A stretch of 60,290 nt of DNA, counting the filler, from Dugesia japonica (lineage: Eukaryota), in the NCBI GenBank assembly GCA_001938525.1. It is 5 parts of 5 records of this genome, joined end to end, with 100 filler letters (N's around TTAATTAATTAA, not from the genome) between each part and the next. Parts side by side here need not be neighbours in the genome. Positions count along the whole stretch, not along the records: positions 31,764 to 45,663 come from MQRL01498849.1; positions 45,764 to 60,290 come from MQRL01638438.1; 3 more parts are not named here. One strand, written 5' to 3'. The notes under the pieces were generated by a model. The model did not search any database, had not been told where the DNA came from, and worked only from the letters and a program-made list of their open reading frames with translations. Position numbers and translations under genes: made by a program. Shown here one piece after another: positions 38,999-51,999 of the stretch; position 1 is the first letter of the stretch, and every line of letters begins with the position of its first letter.

Positions 38999-39208
38999 AC
39001 CATACTTTGTAGGAAAACAGTATGGATCAGAATAGTTACAAACAATTGGTTGATTTGCTTTACCCATTCTTTAACGAATTTGTGCAATTGGCATGAAAAT
39101 AATAAAGCAAAAAGTTTACTATCACTCAAAACAACTGTATTAAATGAATTCAACGACTTTATGTATTCAGATGAACTTTCAAAAAAGATGTAAAATCATA
39201 TTTGACCA

Positions 39209-41190
39209 ATGATTTCTGGAAAAACTGAATTGTGCATTTTTGATCATCCATCCCTTCAAGGTGCTATTGAATATAAAGTATTTGAAGATGTGTTTCTAAT
39301 GAATAATATTTCTGAAAGTACAAATGATGTAGAGTTTTTTATAAATGGATTTCAGACTAAATGTTTGGATTTGAATGATACTCTGTTCAAGTAAAAGTTG
39401 TTGACAAAAATGGAAAGGACTTGGAAGAAAAGTCTAATGTGATACCTCTTAATTTGGTGTTGCATACTCTATATAAAGATGTGATTCTTCTTTTTCGAAC
39501 TTTGCTGATGATAGAATGGAAGTAGATTTTAACTTCTGGAATTGATATGCTTTCATTTATGCCATCATCGAGAAGATCAGTGCTGTCCTCATCATCAGAA
39601 CCATCACTATTATCATCTTCCTCACTGCAATAATTATCATCAAATTTATTTTTCTCTTTCGAACTACTGCTTAAAATTTGAACTGTTTTGGCCAGTTTTT
39701 CATACAATACTTCCTGAACAGCCAAATGAATTGCATGTAAATAGCAAATTTAATGTTCAGTAGGAATCAATTTTCCAAACTTACTATGTTCCATCAGTAA
39801 CAGAGCAAATGATACTACCTGTGGTGTTTAACCCAAATTCTTCCACTTTTTCAGTCTCAACTGCTTTACTGCAGGAAGAGACCCAGATATTCTCCTGAGC
39901 CCAAGATTCCAGTGTTTATTTTTTCGATGAAAATTGAAATTGATGAATCTTCGATATTTTTAAGGAAGTGTATTCATTTAGTGTAACTGAAAAACGTTGG
40001 CCACTTGACACTATAGAAATGAAATTGTCTTTAAGTTTATTCTTCACAAAACAAGCAAACGTTTTTACTAATTGAATAGCTTGCTTTTAGTTTTTTGGAA
40101 AATCATAACCTTTTCCAGACATTGCTTATCAAATAAATGAACTTTTAATTATTGCAAGGAAACTAACTCCGTCAAATGATGTCAGTTATGAACCTCTTCC
40201 ACTGATTCTTTTTAAAAAAAAGGTTAGATTTTTGGAATCCTTGCTACTCCAGAAATTTTTGTTGTTTCTTTTGCCTTTTTTTGTTTGATTTTTCATGTGT
40301 GTTTTGTAAGTGATATCACATTCCAGCTGAAGAACCTGTAAAGTGGATTTTTGTACCACATAGAGTGCAAGTAATATTGCCTCCCCTTGAATCTTTTATA
40401 AAATATTTCCAAATCTCTGCCATTTTAAAATTAATCAATATAATTTTATTAATGCTTGAAATCAATAAAAAAAATATTTTTTTCCAAATTTTCCATCATA
40501 ATTTATTAATGAAATGGTAAAAATATTTTTTCCGATTTACTGGTAAATAATCAGTAAAAGCTCAATCCTAGACATAATGCAATGTGTTATGAAAAAGATG
40601 ATTTTAGAAAAACAATCATTAAAACATCAAAACGATGGTCTTTTTGTGGTCCTTTACATTTAGATTTTATGAGTCAACCAAAATAACTTATTCCAGCTGT
40701 AAGTGATTGTATTCGATTGAAAATATCAAACCCCAGAATAAGTTAGGAATCACAAATTGATGAATAAAAATATAAATTATTGGATCCATAATTAATGGTT
40801 AGAAAAGTTTGATTAGAACAGCTCATTAAATTGGATTAACCAAACATAATGCTATTTATCCTATATGAACCAATGAAATTGTATCATATGCAATTAGTAA
40901 AGACAGTTCATCGTTTTATAAGGAACAAATCTTTGGCGACCGTAGATTGCCAAGCTTTATTCTAGTTAGATTTCAAGATGAAGAAAGATATAAAAGAAGC
41001 TACAAAATACGAAGCTCACTTTTCGATAATGTTAATGTTAAATCAATACCTTTATCGAAAATGGTGAATACAGAGAAACCTATACTCAATACTTTAGAAA
41101 TGATGATTATAGTACATCATATATGCAATCTATTGTTAGAAACAAAAATATGAATTATTGAATAACACTTGAAGAGTTTAAGACCAAATA
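39209..41190 (+). pseudogene. Polinton major capsid protein copy 2, split by a hAT insertion
   Basis: MISGKTELCIFDHP...LHTLYKDVIL at 39209-39490; resumes at about 40571 with CGPLHLDFMSQPK, NAIYP, IFGDRRLPSFILV. Confidence 0.85.
39491..40570 (-). mobile_element. 3'-truncated hAT transposon with BED finger
   Basis: TAGGATTGAG terminus at 40570; MAEIWKYF...CTLC...HLQNTH BED finger from 40422; RFSVTLNEYTS, VTDG, CYLHAIHLAV (CxxH), acidic insert, IISKVRK. Confidence 0.85.
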
Positions 41191-44100
41191 TATACTAGTT
41201 GGTTCATCTACATCTATCCAGGGTTTAAATTTTAAAATTTTAATTTTCAAAAAATTTAAAATAAATTTAAATTAAAACTATTGTAGAAGACTATTGTCGA
41301 AAATTTGAACTTTTTTTACAAATAAATTTTGTTTTGTTTTGATCGAAACCTTATCTTATTTTAATGAAATCTTAAATTAAAACATGTCCCAGAGGGCTTA
41401 CCAGCTTTTTTACTGAGATTTAATTGAAAAAATTTAAAAATAAAATAAAAATAAAAAGTGTCCCAGTGTACTCATCAGGTTTTTTATTGGTAAAAATTTA
41501 AAATTAAATTAAAAATGAAAAATAATTTCCACTAGGGAGTATGTCCCAGAGAGCTCACATCTACCTACTATATATTACTGTATATATACCTACTGTATAT
41601 TACCAAACTGAATATATTTAGTTGACATTTCTGATGACTATTTATTAATTAAGTTCAAATATAAGTTATTTTAAAACACGTGCGTAACATCAATAAATTT
41701 AAACTCAAGTATTATAAAGTATTGTAAAAAAAGTACAATTAAATATTTATTGAAAATAAAATTTTAGCACTGGCAAAATATTTATGTATATTATGAGTTC
41801 TTACAAATATATCAATTTATTTTTATCAAGATAGAAAAACCAAAATGTTAACAGCTATTTTACGTTAGCTAATTTCATTTTTATTCTCTTTCCTCTCTTC
41901 CCAATAACTTTAATCTCTCAATTTTTTTACACTATTTTTTGATTTTTTTCTTATTTCTAATTCCCAAATTGGTCAAACCAAAAGTTAAAATGTACTTTTT
42001 CTATTCTGCTTCAGCACTCTGTATATATTTTATGTACTCATGATAAAACCAATTTAATGATTTTGTTTTGTTGTTTCTTCTAAAATTGTGTTTAATATGT
42101 ATATCTATAATACCTAATTTATAATTTAATCATTTTTTTATTATAAAAAAACTAGAAATAAGTAAAAAAAACCATTATTCGGTTTATTAGTTAAATTTAA
42201 AGTCTCGCAAGTCTCCATAAATTGTTTATTGATTATTGCAAGTCTTTTCTTAAAAATAAAAATATGAAATAACAATTCACAAATTTCAAACAAATAATCT
42301 GAGAAATTTTAATAAAATATTTTTCAAAAATATTGGTTTTTTAAAATCAAAAAAAATATTTTTAAATCTCATTTTAGAAAAAAAATTTTTAAAATTTTAT
42401 AATTTAACACCATGTAAAATTTGAACTTTAATTTAAAATACCTTTGTTTTACATGTATATTTATTTATTTTTCAACCTTATAATTTTTAAAATTTTCAAG
42501 ATAACCAATCTTAATATTAAATATAAAAATTAAAAAATCTCAGAAATCCGAAATTCATGAATCGATACTCACACGGTTAATCGAAAATTGATTTTAAAAA
42601 ATTCTACGATTAACTAGTTAATCGATAATCGGTTTGGATAGTCTAATTAGGTTAGGATCTGTGTAAGAAAATATCTTTCAAATAATTATTTCCCAATTTA
42701 TCTTGTTAACTATCAATTAGTACAATTAAACTTGATAGTTAAAAATGGCAAATTTACGAGTGCAACATGTTTATTTACTATCACACACGGATTCATAAAT
42801 CAGTACTGTTAATGAATCTTTAAAAATTCATAACTAAAATATCACAGAAAAATTTTTCCAATTCATTCCAAACTACTAACAATCATGATAAAATTCTTTC
42901 AATCGCACTCTAATTTTATGTTTCATTTTACAGCCGAAGTTCTATTTCGTCTTTATAAAAGTTTTATATTAACTCAATCTAATTAAAATTCTCTAGAATT
43001 CACGTATAACATCATTTCTAAATATTTTGTAGTATTTTTAACTATACAAGTTTTTATTATTTTATTATTTAAAATTGGAATGTGTAAAATTCATTTAAGA
43101 ATTAGATTCATATTAAATCACAAGTGAATTATCTCTTGAAAGAGCTGAATATCACAATTAAAATAGCTTCTAAACCCATGAATGCATGAAACCTAAAATA
43201 TCTTAATCGAGGTACTCAAGTTGATTTAAGCAACCCAATATTACCTTGCAGATGTTTATATCTTTCTTCAAATTTAGTTCAGACGAAACCAATAATAAAC
43301 TCGCCAATCATTTAGAGTGCTTTCTCAAGAGTTTAAATAACCGATCATTTAAATATGTTGGTGTTTATAAGAACAGATACAAATTTATAAAATGTTCTGT
43401 CTCCAAATCTCGTTTTAGTTTAATTGACTAGATCCCAAATATATCATTAGCGATCCAACATCGTTAATCGAGTTCTGTCAATAACCAAAGGGTGGTTAAG
43501 TGAATCAATGAAGATCGCTCAATAGATAAACTTTTAACCTTTGTTGCAATTGGATTAAAAACTTGAATTGTAAATTTATTCTCTAATTTATCCTTTTGAA
43601 TTGTCTTTAGATTCTTTTCCAGCTAAATCTTCAAAATTTTCTAATAACAATATCAAATTCCTTTTGATTATTATTTCAATTTTCCCTTTAATTTTCGATT
43701 AATGATATTCTATTTTTAGCAATTAAGTCAATAAGATTTCTTAATAGTTTTATCATATCTTACATCGTAAACTAATTTCACTATTCAGTTAATTTTATTT
43801 TATAATTTAATTTATGTAACTTGGTGTTTGAGAAAATTATATAAACTTGATCTTGTTATTTTCTGTAAGATTATTTGCATCTCATTAATTATCAAGTTGT
43901 TTTACGCTGGTTTGAATTCATTACCAATGATTAATTCATAGTATCACAAATTAAAAATAAATAAGTGAAGAACAAAATATTTTTGTTAATTTTACAATGT
44001 TAACCAGAATAATTTTTGTTTATTGTGAAAATTACAATTTGTATAATTATTCACTTTTTTAAAATTTTTAACCATTGATCTTTTAATGAAAAAATAAAAT

Positions 44101-44299
44101 ATTTTCAAAATTACGTAAATAAACTAAGGCTTAGATCAAAAAAGTTTCAAAAAAATGCGTTTTTTCAAAATTTTTATTAAAGTTACAAAAACTTATTCAA
44201 AAAAACGTTTTTATTTTTTTCAAAATTTTTGTTTCTATCTTCTTTAGGAGTTGTGATTGATTTTTTTCAATTTGAAGGTTAATATCAATTTTTTAAAAA

Positions 44300-45430
44300 T
44301 TAAAATTTTTATCTTGATTTTGATTAGATAATATTACTAAAAATTATATTAATATCTGGTTTAAATTTTTTGATTAAAATTTCTTTGTGTTTTTTATATG
44401 GAGTGCTGATATATAGTAGGAATCTATTATTTTCCATTTTATAATATTGTAGTCAGCATGAATATTATGANNNNNNATGAAATGTTTATAATACTTCACT
44501 CTCATTCTGTTTGATATGTTCTTTGATTCTAGTTTTGATTGTTCTAAAGGTTTCGCCTATGTATGATTTATTGCATACGGTACAAGTAATTTCATGAGTT
44601 ACATTTTTTTATTATTCCATTTCTTCGTTAGATGATAATCTTTCCTCTTTGATAATCCCGATTTTTTATCTGGTAGGTATGTTGCTGCTCCATGGTAATA
44701 TCAATCCGATGTGAAATGGTTTTATGTATAGTTTGCTAGTCAGCATTCGATTAAGTTATTTCCGTATAAGTGTGTCAAGAAAAGGTGTTTGGCAATCTAT
44801 TGCTTCTTCTAATATAAATTGGATGTTACTGTTGATATTACTGACTATATTAAGAATATTTTCTGAGGTAGTATTGGTAATGAAGTAGATGTCATCTATG
44901 TTTCTTAACCAAAGTTTGATTTCATTATTTGCTTTATGAATGATTTCTTTTTCAGGGTGATCCATGTAAATAATGGCTAATATTGGGGATTAGTTATTTC
45001 TTTAATTAGTTAATTAGTTAAATCTTTCTTCTGTTTATATAACTAATTGTAATATATATAATAACGTCTGAGGTGAGACAAAAAGTTATTAATGACTTAA
45101 AATCATTTTTTGTAATTTCTGAAATTTCCGCACAGATTCTATTTTCATGGTAAAATTTGCTCATAATATCTATAACATTATCTGCTCCATTGATTGGTAT
45201 AGAATCATATAGATTTGTAACGTCTGATGTTCAAAAAATGCCATCTTTGTTCTAGTGGTATTTTTTTAAAGTTTCGATAAATTCCTGGCTGTTCTTTAGC
45301 TGTGCTGGAATGAGATTTAATAGTGGTTTTAATATGTCTGCCATCAATTTGCATAAAGAGGTGAAGAGTGTATCTGTAGCATTGACAATGGGTGTGCCTT
45401 TTAAAGTTGTTTTATGGTATTTGGGAAGGC
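44300..45430 (-). mobile_element. Penelope-like retroelement RT + GIY-YIG endonuclease, decayed
   Basis: SDVTNLYDSIP, SPILAIIYM, WLRNIDDIYF, PFLDTLI, CTVCNKSYIGETFRTIKTRIKEH. Confidence 0.85.
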
Positions 45431-45663
45431 AACATTGAATAGCTTGTAATTAAGAATGATTTAGTGATTAATTAGAAAAACTCTAGTAACTTTAACACTC
45501 ATAATGATTTTCAAAACACAACTGTTAGATTTTAGTAGGATGTAGGTTCTAATTGATTCCAATTAATTTTATTCGGCCTGTACGTAATTATTTTTGTTTA
45601 CTTATTTAAATAAATTTTATAATAAATATTAATATATGAACTAAGAGAAAACGTTAGTTTTAA

Positions 45664-45763
45664 NNNNNNNNNNNNNNNNNNNNNNNNNNNNNNNNNNNNN
45701 NNNNNNNTTAATTAATTAANNNNNNNNNNNNNNNNNNNNNNNNNNNNNNNNNNNNNNNNNNNN
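45664..45763. other. Artificial contig spacer
   Basis: 44 N + TTAATTAATTAA + 44 N. Confidence 0.95.
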
Positions 45764-46119
45764 AACAGGTGAACTTGTGAAAAAGTTGTGTACATGCATT
45801 TAATAAGTAAACGAAAGAAAAGAAAATTGCTACTTGTATTAGAAATGTATATGAAAATTCAATAAACGTTAGGTAAATCAAATGAAATGTAAGTTAACAA
45901 AATCATAATCAAAATAATCAACAATATAATATGAGAATCTAAAAATTTGATGAATTAATTTAGAACAGGAATTCTCCACCGCATATAAAATCTTTAATTA
46001 TATGCGAACTTCTTTATATTTATTACATAGTTTTACAACTTTAAAGGCATTGTTATTCATTTATAAATAGCAATAATATTGCATAAAACTGAGAAAACCG
46101 AGCATTTGCACACTCTGCA

Positions 46120-46300
46120 AAAATTGTGGTCGCTCGTCGCAAGAATCGATTGATTCAGTTTAAATTCAATTTAAATGAAATGGGTGTGATGCCACATACA
46201 TTGGAGAGACTGTCCGTCATCTCTGTACAAGGGTTCAAGAGCATATTAAAATTAAAAAACAATTATATATTTGGAAAAAACATCTTTGATTTTATTGGTA
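46120..46300 (+). mobile_element. Penelope GIY-YIG fragment
   Basis: GCDATYIGETVRHLCTRVQEHI. Confidence 0.7.
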
Positions 46301-46486
46301 ACATTAATAAAATATTATTATATAAATTAATTTTTTATTGAAAAGTTGTTAAAAAATTTAAAAAATTAAAAATTTTATTTAAAAAATTAAGAATTATAGC
46401 CGTCTTATATTCAATAATAATAATACTANNNNNNNNNNNNNNNNNNNNNNNNNNNNNNNNNNNNNNNNNNNNNNNNNNNNNNNNNA

Positions 46487-49400
46487 CAATTCCAATCATT
46501 GATGTGATGTCAATCTTAATGTTTTCAGACATAGGGTTTATTGTTACTGTGTTTATCTCTTCTCCGTTTGCATATTTGATAGCTAGTAAACAGACATCCC
46601 ATAATTTATAGATGGTTCTTAATAAGAAATATAAAGTTATATAAGTTTATTGAATTATATATAATGTGTATAACATTAATATTAAAATGATTTCAACATA
46701 AATTAATCATTTTACAAAATAAATTAATCTTTTTTCGAAATATGAAGGCATTTACTACTCGGGTATCATAAAAGAACCATACGAATAAAATTTTCATTGG
46801 TAGGCCTTATTTTTTTATTTAATTTAAATATTAAATTAAATAAATAAATCATAAAAGTAACTAAAATATGAAACAAATTTTTATTTTGTAAAATGATTAA
46901 TTTATGTTGAAATCGTTGTATTATCAAAATAAAGCTGCATTTTGTAAAATAAATTTTAAAATAAATATATAAAAACTAAATTTCATTAAATCTATGTTTT
47001 TGCAATATACATATTATATATTTACAGTGCTACGTCTAAACACGGCAATCCGTGAAAATCATCAGAAAATTCAACACTGTAAAGTCGATTACGCAGACCT
47101 TCTTCATATTCCTTTCTCCAAAGGTTTTGAGTTTTCTACATTTATTCTAAATTTTTTAATATTAATTAAAAAATGTAACCATGGGCTCTGTAAATGTCAT
47201 TAGATTTGTAATTAGTGTTGCCATTCCAGGTGCAAGACAATTATAAGCCATTAATCCCAATCTGAGTTCATCCAAACAAACAATAACATCAGTATTATAT
47301 TTATTCCACCTTGGAAACATTTTTAATAAAATCTAAAATTAAAATTGAGATAAATTTTATTTTCATCTTTTAATATTTCTAAAATCAATTCCTGNCGAAG
47401 ACAAAGTCGAAATATAGAGTTATTATCAAAAACAAAAAAACATACTATACTATAATATAAAACATATAAGTGTAATATAATGAAATGTTTAATTTCAATT
47501 AGTTATTTAAAATGAATTTATCAAGTATTTTAAATCCCTATGTAATATTAATATTAGAAATTTAATCTATTATGTAATCAATACACACAGCAAACGTGTC
47601 ATTTGTCATATTACATAATCATACTCATAACATTTAGTATTACAATACACAATTACCATGTTATATAATAACTATTATTATCATTATTAATCTTTAATCT
47701 TAAATTTTGTTTTTCATCTAAAGAGTTGTTATACTTATTATTAAAAACAAAAGACTAAATAGTTCTTAACTTATTATTAACATATATATAATCAATAAAA
47801 ACAAAATAACAAATATGTAACAACATTTATTTGAGCATATAAATACAAAATCACAAATAATCATCATGTCGTCTTCTTCTTTTTATTCTTCATTTTCTTC
47901 TTGCTCTTTACAATCAAAGGTCATTAAACATAGCAAATATATTTATTATTTAATTATTGATTTTATAATGACCATAAGCCATAATAGTATTTCTTTCACT
48001 CCAAAAGCGCTTATCATGAAGGCATGACAATACGTGTTTGTTACTTTTTATTGTGTAAACCTGGTGATTTATCGCCCGAAAGCTAGTCTGCATAACTTTG
48101 TTTTGTTGCTGTTCTTTGTCTTCATCTATATTGTATGCATTTAAATGGTTTTGATGATTGATATCTGTTTGTTTTAAACTGATTCATTTTGCTTTCATTA
48201 TCATACTAGAATCTTCTTTCTTCAAACTACAACATTTTGGCCTTAGAAATACCCATTCAGTATACCTTTCACCTACTCATTCGTCTTTAAACAATCCAAT
48301 TTTACTGGCCATATTTCTGGAATTGAGTGGATGATCTTTTAGATGATTGCTTGTATCCAGTAGACCATCAAATTTCATTTGGGATAAGAGTTGGTTTTTA
48401 TCTACCCGGGTACACGATAAGAAAAGACTATCTGTATCTTCAGCAATTATATCAATTTCGAAACCAAATTTATTTCGGTATTTTTCAAGTTCTTCATATT
48501 GAAGTCTATACATTCGCAATTTACTCAAATCTAGAACCACGTGGCTAATATAACTCGGTTTATCGAGACAAATAGTATCTTCCTCTTATAGTACAGCCTT
48601 GAATCCGTCTGCAATATCTATTGTTTGCTTAAATGTAACTTTACTGGTGTAAGTTTCAAAGTTCTTCTCAGTCTTACATAGACGGAGATCCATACACTTG
48701 TTTAAATTCTCAACAAAATTACCCTATACCGCATTATTTAATAGTTTGTAGAAATCCTTTTCAAATTTGCACTTTAAATTTGCTCTTCTCACTGAATTTG
48801 CATTAAACTAATTGGCAAATATTTCCGTTTGTTTGAATTGAATTATTCTATATACTGCAGTTACATGAACCTTAAGCATTATATATAATTCTAACAATCG
48901 TCAATATACGATATAATGTCGTTTTGGTTCATATGTCATCAAGAACTTCTTAACTTTCTATCCTGGTTGAAATTTGTGTTCTGGAGCCAAAGGTANNNNN
49001 NNNNNNNNNNNNNNATGTTCGTTCGGTATTTCGAGATTAATTTTAAGCAGGTATCCGATTTCATTATTGTTATTGATGAACATCTTTTGGTAAGTTTCTT
49101 CTATCTGATCTTCTGATATGAATTCTAAATCTCTATATGGTAAAGGCTCTGTTAAGGCCCAACTATATAGGTTTTTAATATCAATGTAAAGTAGTGAGGT
49201 ATTCCCATCTGCCTGGACATAATGTTTGTTCACAATATTCATTCCTCCACGAATTCCTAACTCAAATAGACGATAGATTTCCGTATCTTGGAGTAATTCT
49301 ATTGACCTATCAATCAATTTGAGAGCACTTGACCAGCTCAATCCTGGTAATGAAACAAATCGTAGTGGCTCCAATCCATGATTTTTAAGTGTGTTTTTAC

Positions 49401-51205
49401 GAAATGTTTGGAATACATTGAGTAACAAGTATATATCTAGCTTCATATAGTACATCATATATTCCAACAAGTTATTGCTTCCCGATTCTATCTATGTCGA
49501 CCTTGCGATTTCATATTCTTCACTTGTTATTTTTTACCATTGTGTTTTTAACTCAGTTTGATTTATGAGCATTTCATATGAAGTAGCAAATTTGTATGGA
49601 AATATACCCTTGTATTGTTGCCCATATGAAAATTCAGCTTTTAAGGGTTTTTGCCAATGTTTATAAACTAGAACTGAGAAACATGAATGAATCGATAAAT
49701 CGTATCGTAATGTTTTCCATTATGTGCAAACATTGCTAAAACCTTTTCAGTTGTCTGTGCGATTTGATTGAGATTCCAATGTGGAAATTTGTTGAGCGCA
49801 TATTTGAGGTCAAGTATGATTGAAGAAGTGATAAAAACAATATTTATTTAATAAAATTTTCTTGGTTTTAAAAGATTGTTTTAATATTGAGTTAATGCAA
49901 AAAAACTGTAATGAAAAACTGATATATTCAGTGAATTGTTTGACTCTAAAAAATAAGTTAGAATTCTTTTATTTTATAAATACCATTCGTGGATCACTTT
50001 ATTAATGAAACATTTAGTTCATTTCTTGAAAAAATAGTGTTGAGATATTTTTTCAAATGTCTATTAGCCACTGGGCACACTGACCTTCAAGATAAAACTC
50101 TAATTTTTCTGATAACATTTATTTAACAAAATTAATTGGATTCTGATATATTGGATTGCTAAAATTTTCGAAATAATTGCTAAACCATTATGACCATACT
50201 TTACGAACAAAATATTATAAAAGGAATACAAAATTTACAGAAGTTATAATAATAAAAATTAACAATTATATTACAATGAAATTACCAGAATTTTTTGAAA
50301 TACAAAAATTTCCCCAAAAATTAAAATATTATATCATAAAAAATACACATTAAAATAACATGTAAATAAATATGAACAATTTATTTTAAAACATTCTTTT
50401 TTATAAAGTCAAAAAACATTTGCAATTTTTCTAAAAAAATTAATGAACGCCATTTCATAAAATATTTATTTACTTCAATTAATTTTGACGGAATAACCGT
50501 CATCATCAGGCAATTAATGATTATTAAAACAAACTATTTATAAAGTTTAAAATGATTATATAATTTCAATTATGCAATCTCAATACATAATCAATAAAAT
50601 AATTTTAAGAGCGATGTTTAATCTGTCAATTGAATATTAATTTGAGGATTTAATTCTCTTCTTTTTTATTTTAATATTTTCTTGCAATATCTATTATTGA
50701 TAAATTACTATTTTAGTTGTTATAACTTATTAAATATTATTTAAATAATATCAAAAATATATCATTAAATATACTTTATTGGAATATAAATGAAGTTGTA
50801 CAATTGTTCTAATACGCTCTTGTTGCGCTTTCAAAGAAATCGCTGTCATAATATTTTCGCTGTCATCATCATTAATTTTATTGGTATATGGTAAAGACAG
50901 AATAAAAATCATTTTTGATTTATTTAATTTTACTCTCTCCATATCAGCAATATTTTGTATGGATCCAACGAGGTACATTATTGTAGATGAAAATTTTTTA
51001 AGATAAAGGCTGAGAATACGATCGCAAGGCTCACTAGTATATTAAATTAACATAGAATTATTGTATATTTATAAATATTAATTTATACTTGTGCATAATA
51101 ATAATTTTCATATTTCGAAACCGTTTTCTTGTTCGTTTGTTAATGAAAACTTTGAGAAAAATTTTTATAGTTGAATTAATAAACTGCCCAGTAACTATCA
51201 TATGC
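46487..51205 (-). CDS. slo: Divergent Slo/BK-family potassium channel alpha subunit, RCK1 exons (partial gene)
   Basis: Phase-compatible GT-AG exons 51205-51089 (HMIVTGQ...IIIMHN), 51033-50775 (YLVGSIQNIADMERVK...ENIMTAISLK...RTIVQL...NK), 47332-47180 (WNKYNTDVIVCLDELRLGLMAYNCLAPGMATLITNL), 47135-47026 (WRKEYEEG...SDDFHGL) and 46617-46487 (LLAIKY...INP, runs into an N gap), colinear with Slo1 RCK1. Confidence 0.88.
47387..47421 (+). ncRNA. Minimal hammerhead ribozyme motif with apparently intact core
   Basis: AATTC-CTGnCGA-A-GAC-AAA-GTC-GAAA-TA-TA-GAGTT; stem I AAUUC/GAGUU; one base is N. Confidence 0.6.
47950..49790 (-). pseudogene. polB: Polinton pPolB, decayed, inside a Slo intron
   Basis: IRFIDS, YMKLDIYLL, SLPGLSW, GIRGG, LLYIDIKNLYSWAL (motif A), FYKLLNNAV (motif B), LDLSKLRMY, AEDTDSLF (motif C), IGLFKDE, FLRPKC, MAYGHY. 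Confidence 0.92.
50473..50516 (-). ncRNA. Degenerate hammerhead motif of a second Penelope family
   Basis: CTGATGA-T-GACGG-TTATT-CCGTC-AAAA: 5-bp stem II but G12 changed to A. Confidence 0.4.
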
Positions 51206-51999
51206 CTAAATGGTAAAATAATAAAAAAACTTTTTCTGAGATTTTATTTTATGAAATGACAGAAATGAATATGAATCAAAATTAAACTATTTTAAGTGTA
51301 ATTTTTACTAATGGGTACCTGATACTCTTGAACTATTTACAATGGTGAAAGCGCGCTTATATGAAATATTTAAAAATTTTCTTTTTCATTATAAGTTTTT
51401 CTATTTTGTTTATTTANTATTTTGTTTAAATATTATAAATAAATCCTCTTTATAACATAAAACGCAAACTTGTTATAATAAATAGATTTTTATCGAAGAT
51501 TTTAAAAACGGATTTTTCTTTATTTTATAATTAATAAACAAATTTAAAAATTATCTGATAAAAATAAAAAAAATTGTTAGATTTTATAAATATAAAAATT
51601 TTTAAAGTTATAAATACTTCTGTTTCTATTTTAAATATATACTATACTTATTTTGAAACCAGTACATAAATAGTTTTAAACTACCGCAACGTAGTTTTGA
51701 ATTCTATAAGAAAATTGTATTGAATATTTTCTGTGCTTTAAATGTTTTATAATATTATAAATATAAAAATTATAAATTCTTTACAAAATTAAAAACCGAC
51801 ATCAATAGAATAAATAATGTATTTTATATATTTTTTCTAGTATCCAAATTGAAAAAATAAGGTAATTGAAATGTTTAAATTAAAAAACAATGTTTTGATA
51901 TTGTGATGAATTTGGATTTCTATTGTAGTTAGAATCTGATAAATTTGCCATCTTCTGTAAGACATAATCAATTGAGTATCCTATGACTGTTTTTAATGT

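Larger units (their letters stand above)
37504..41569 (+). mobile_element. Internally deleted Polinton copy 2 bounded by TIRs
   Basis: Left end AGTTGGTAGATATGAG at 37504 and right end CTCACATCTACCTACT at 41569 begin about 250 bp of diverged inverted repeat. Contains colinear remnants of the 26012 ORF, QxGGF ORF, integrase, amphipathic ORF and MCP. No 6-bp TSD seen. Confidence 0.85.

Noticed and set aside
42700-43900. Host exon ending at an AAG/GTAATA donor near 43245
   Set aside because: Stops in all frames; weak similarity suggests another decayed hAT, too degraded to call.
50751-50978. Penelope linker ORF (because of LPY and neighbouring Penelope remnants)
   Set aside because: It aligns with Slo RCK1 and splices in phase with the flanking Slo exons.
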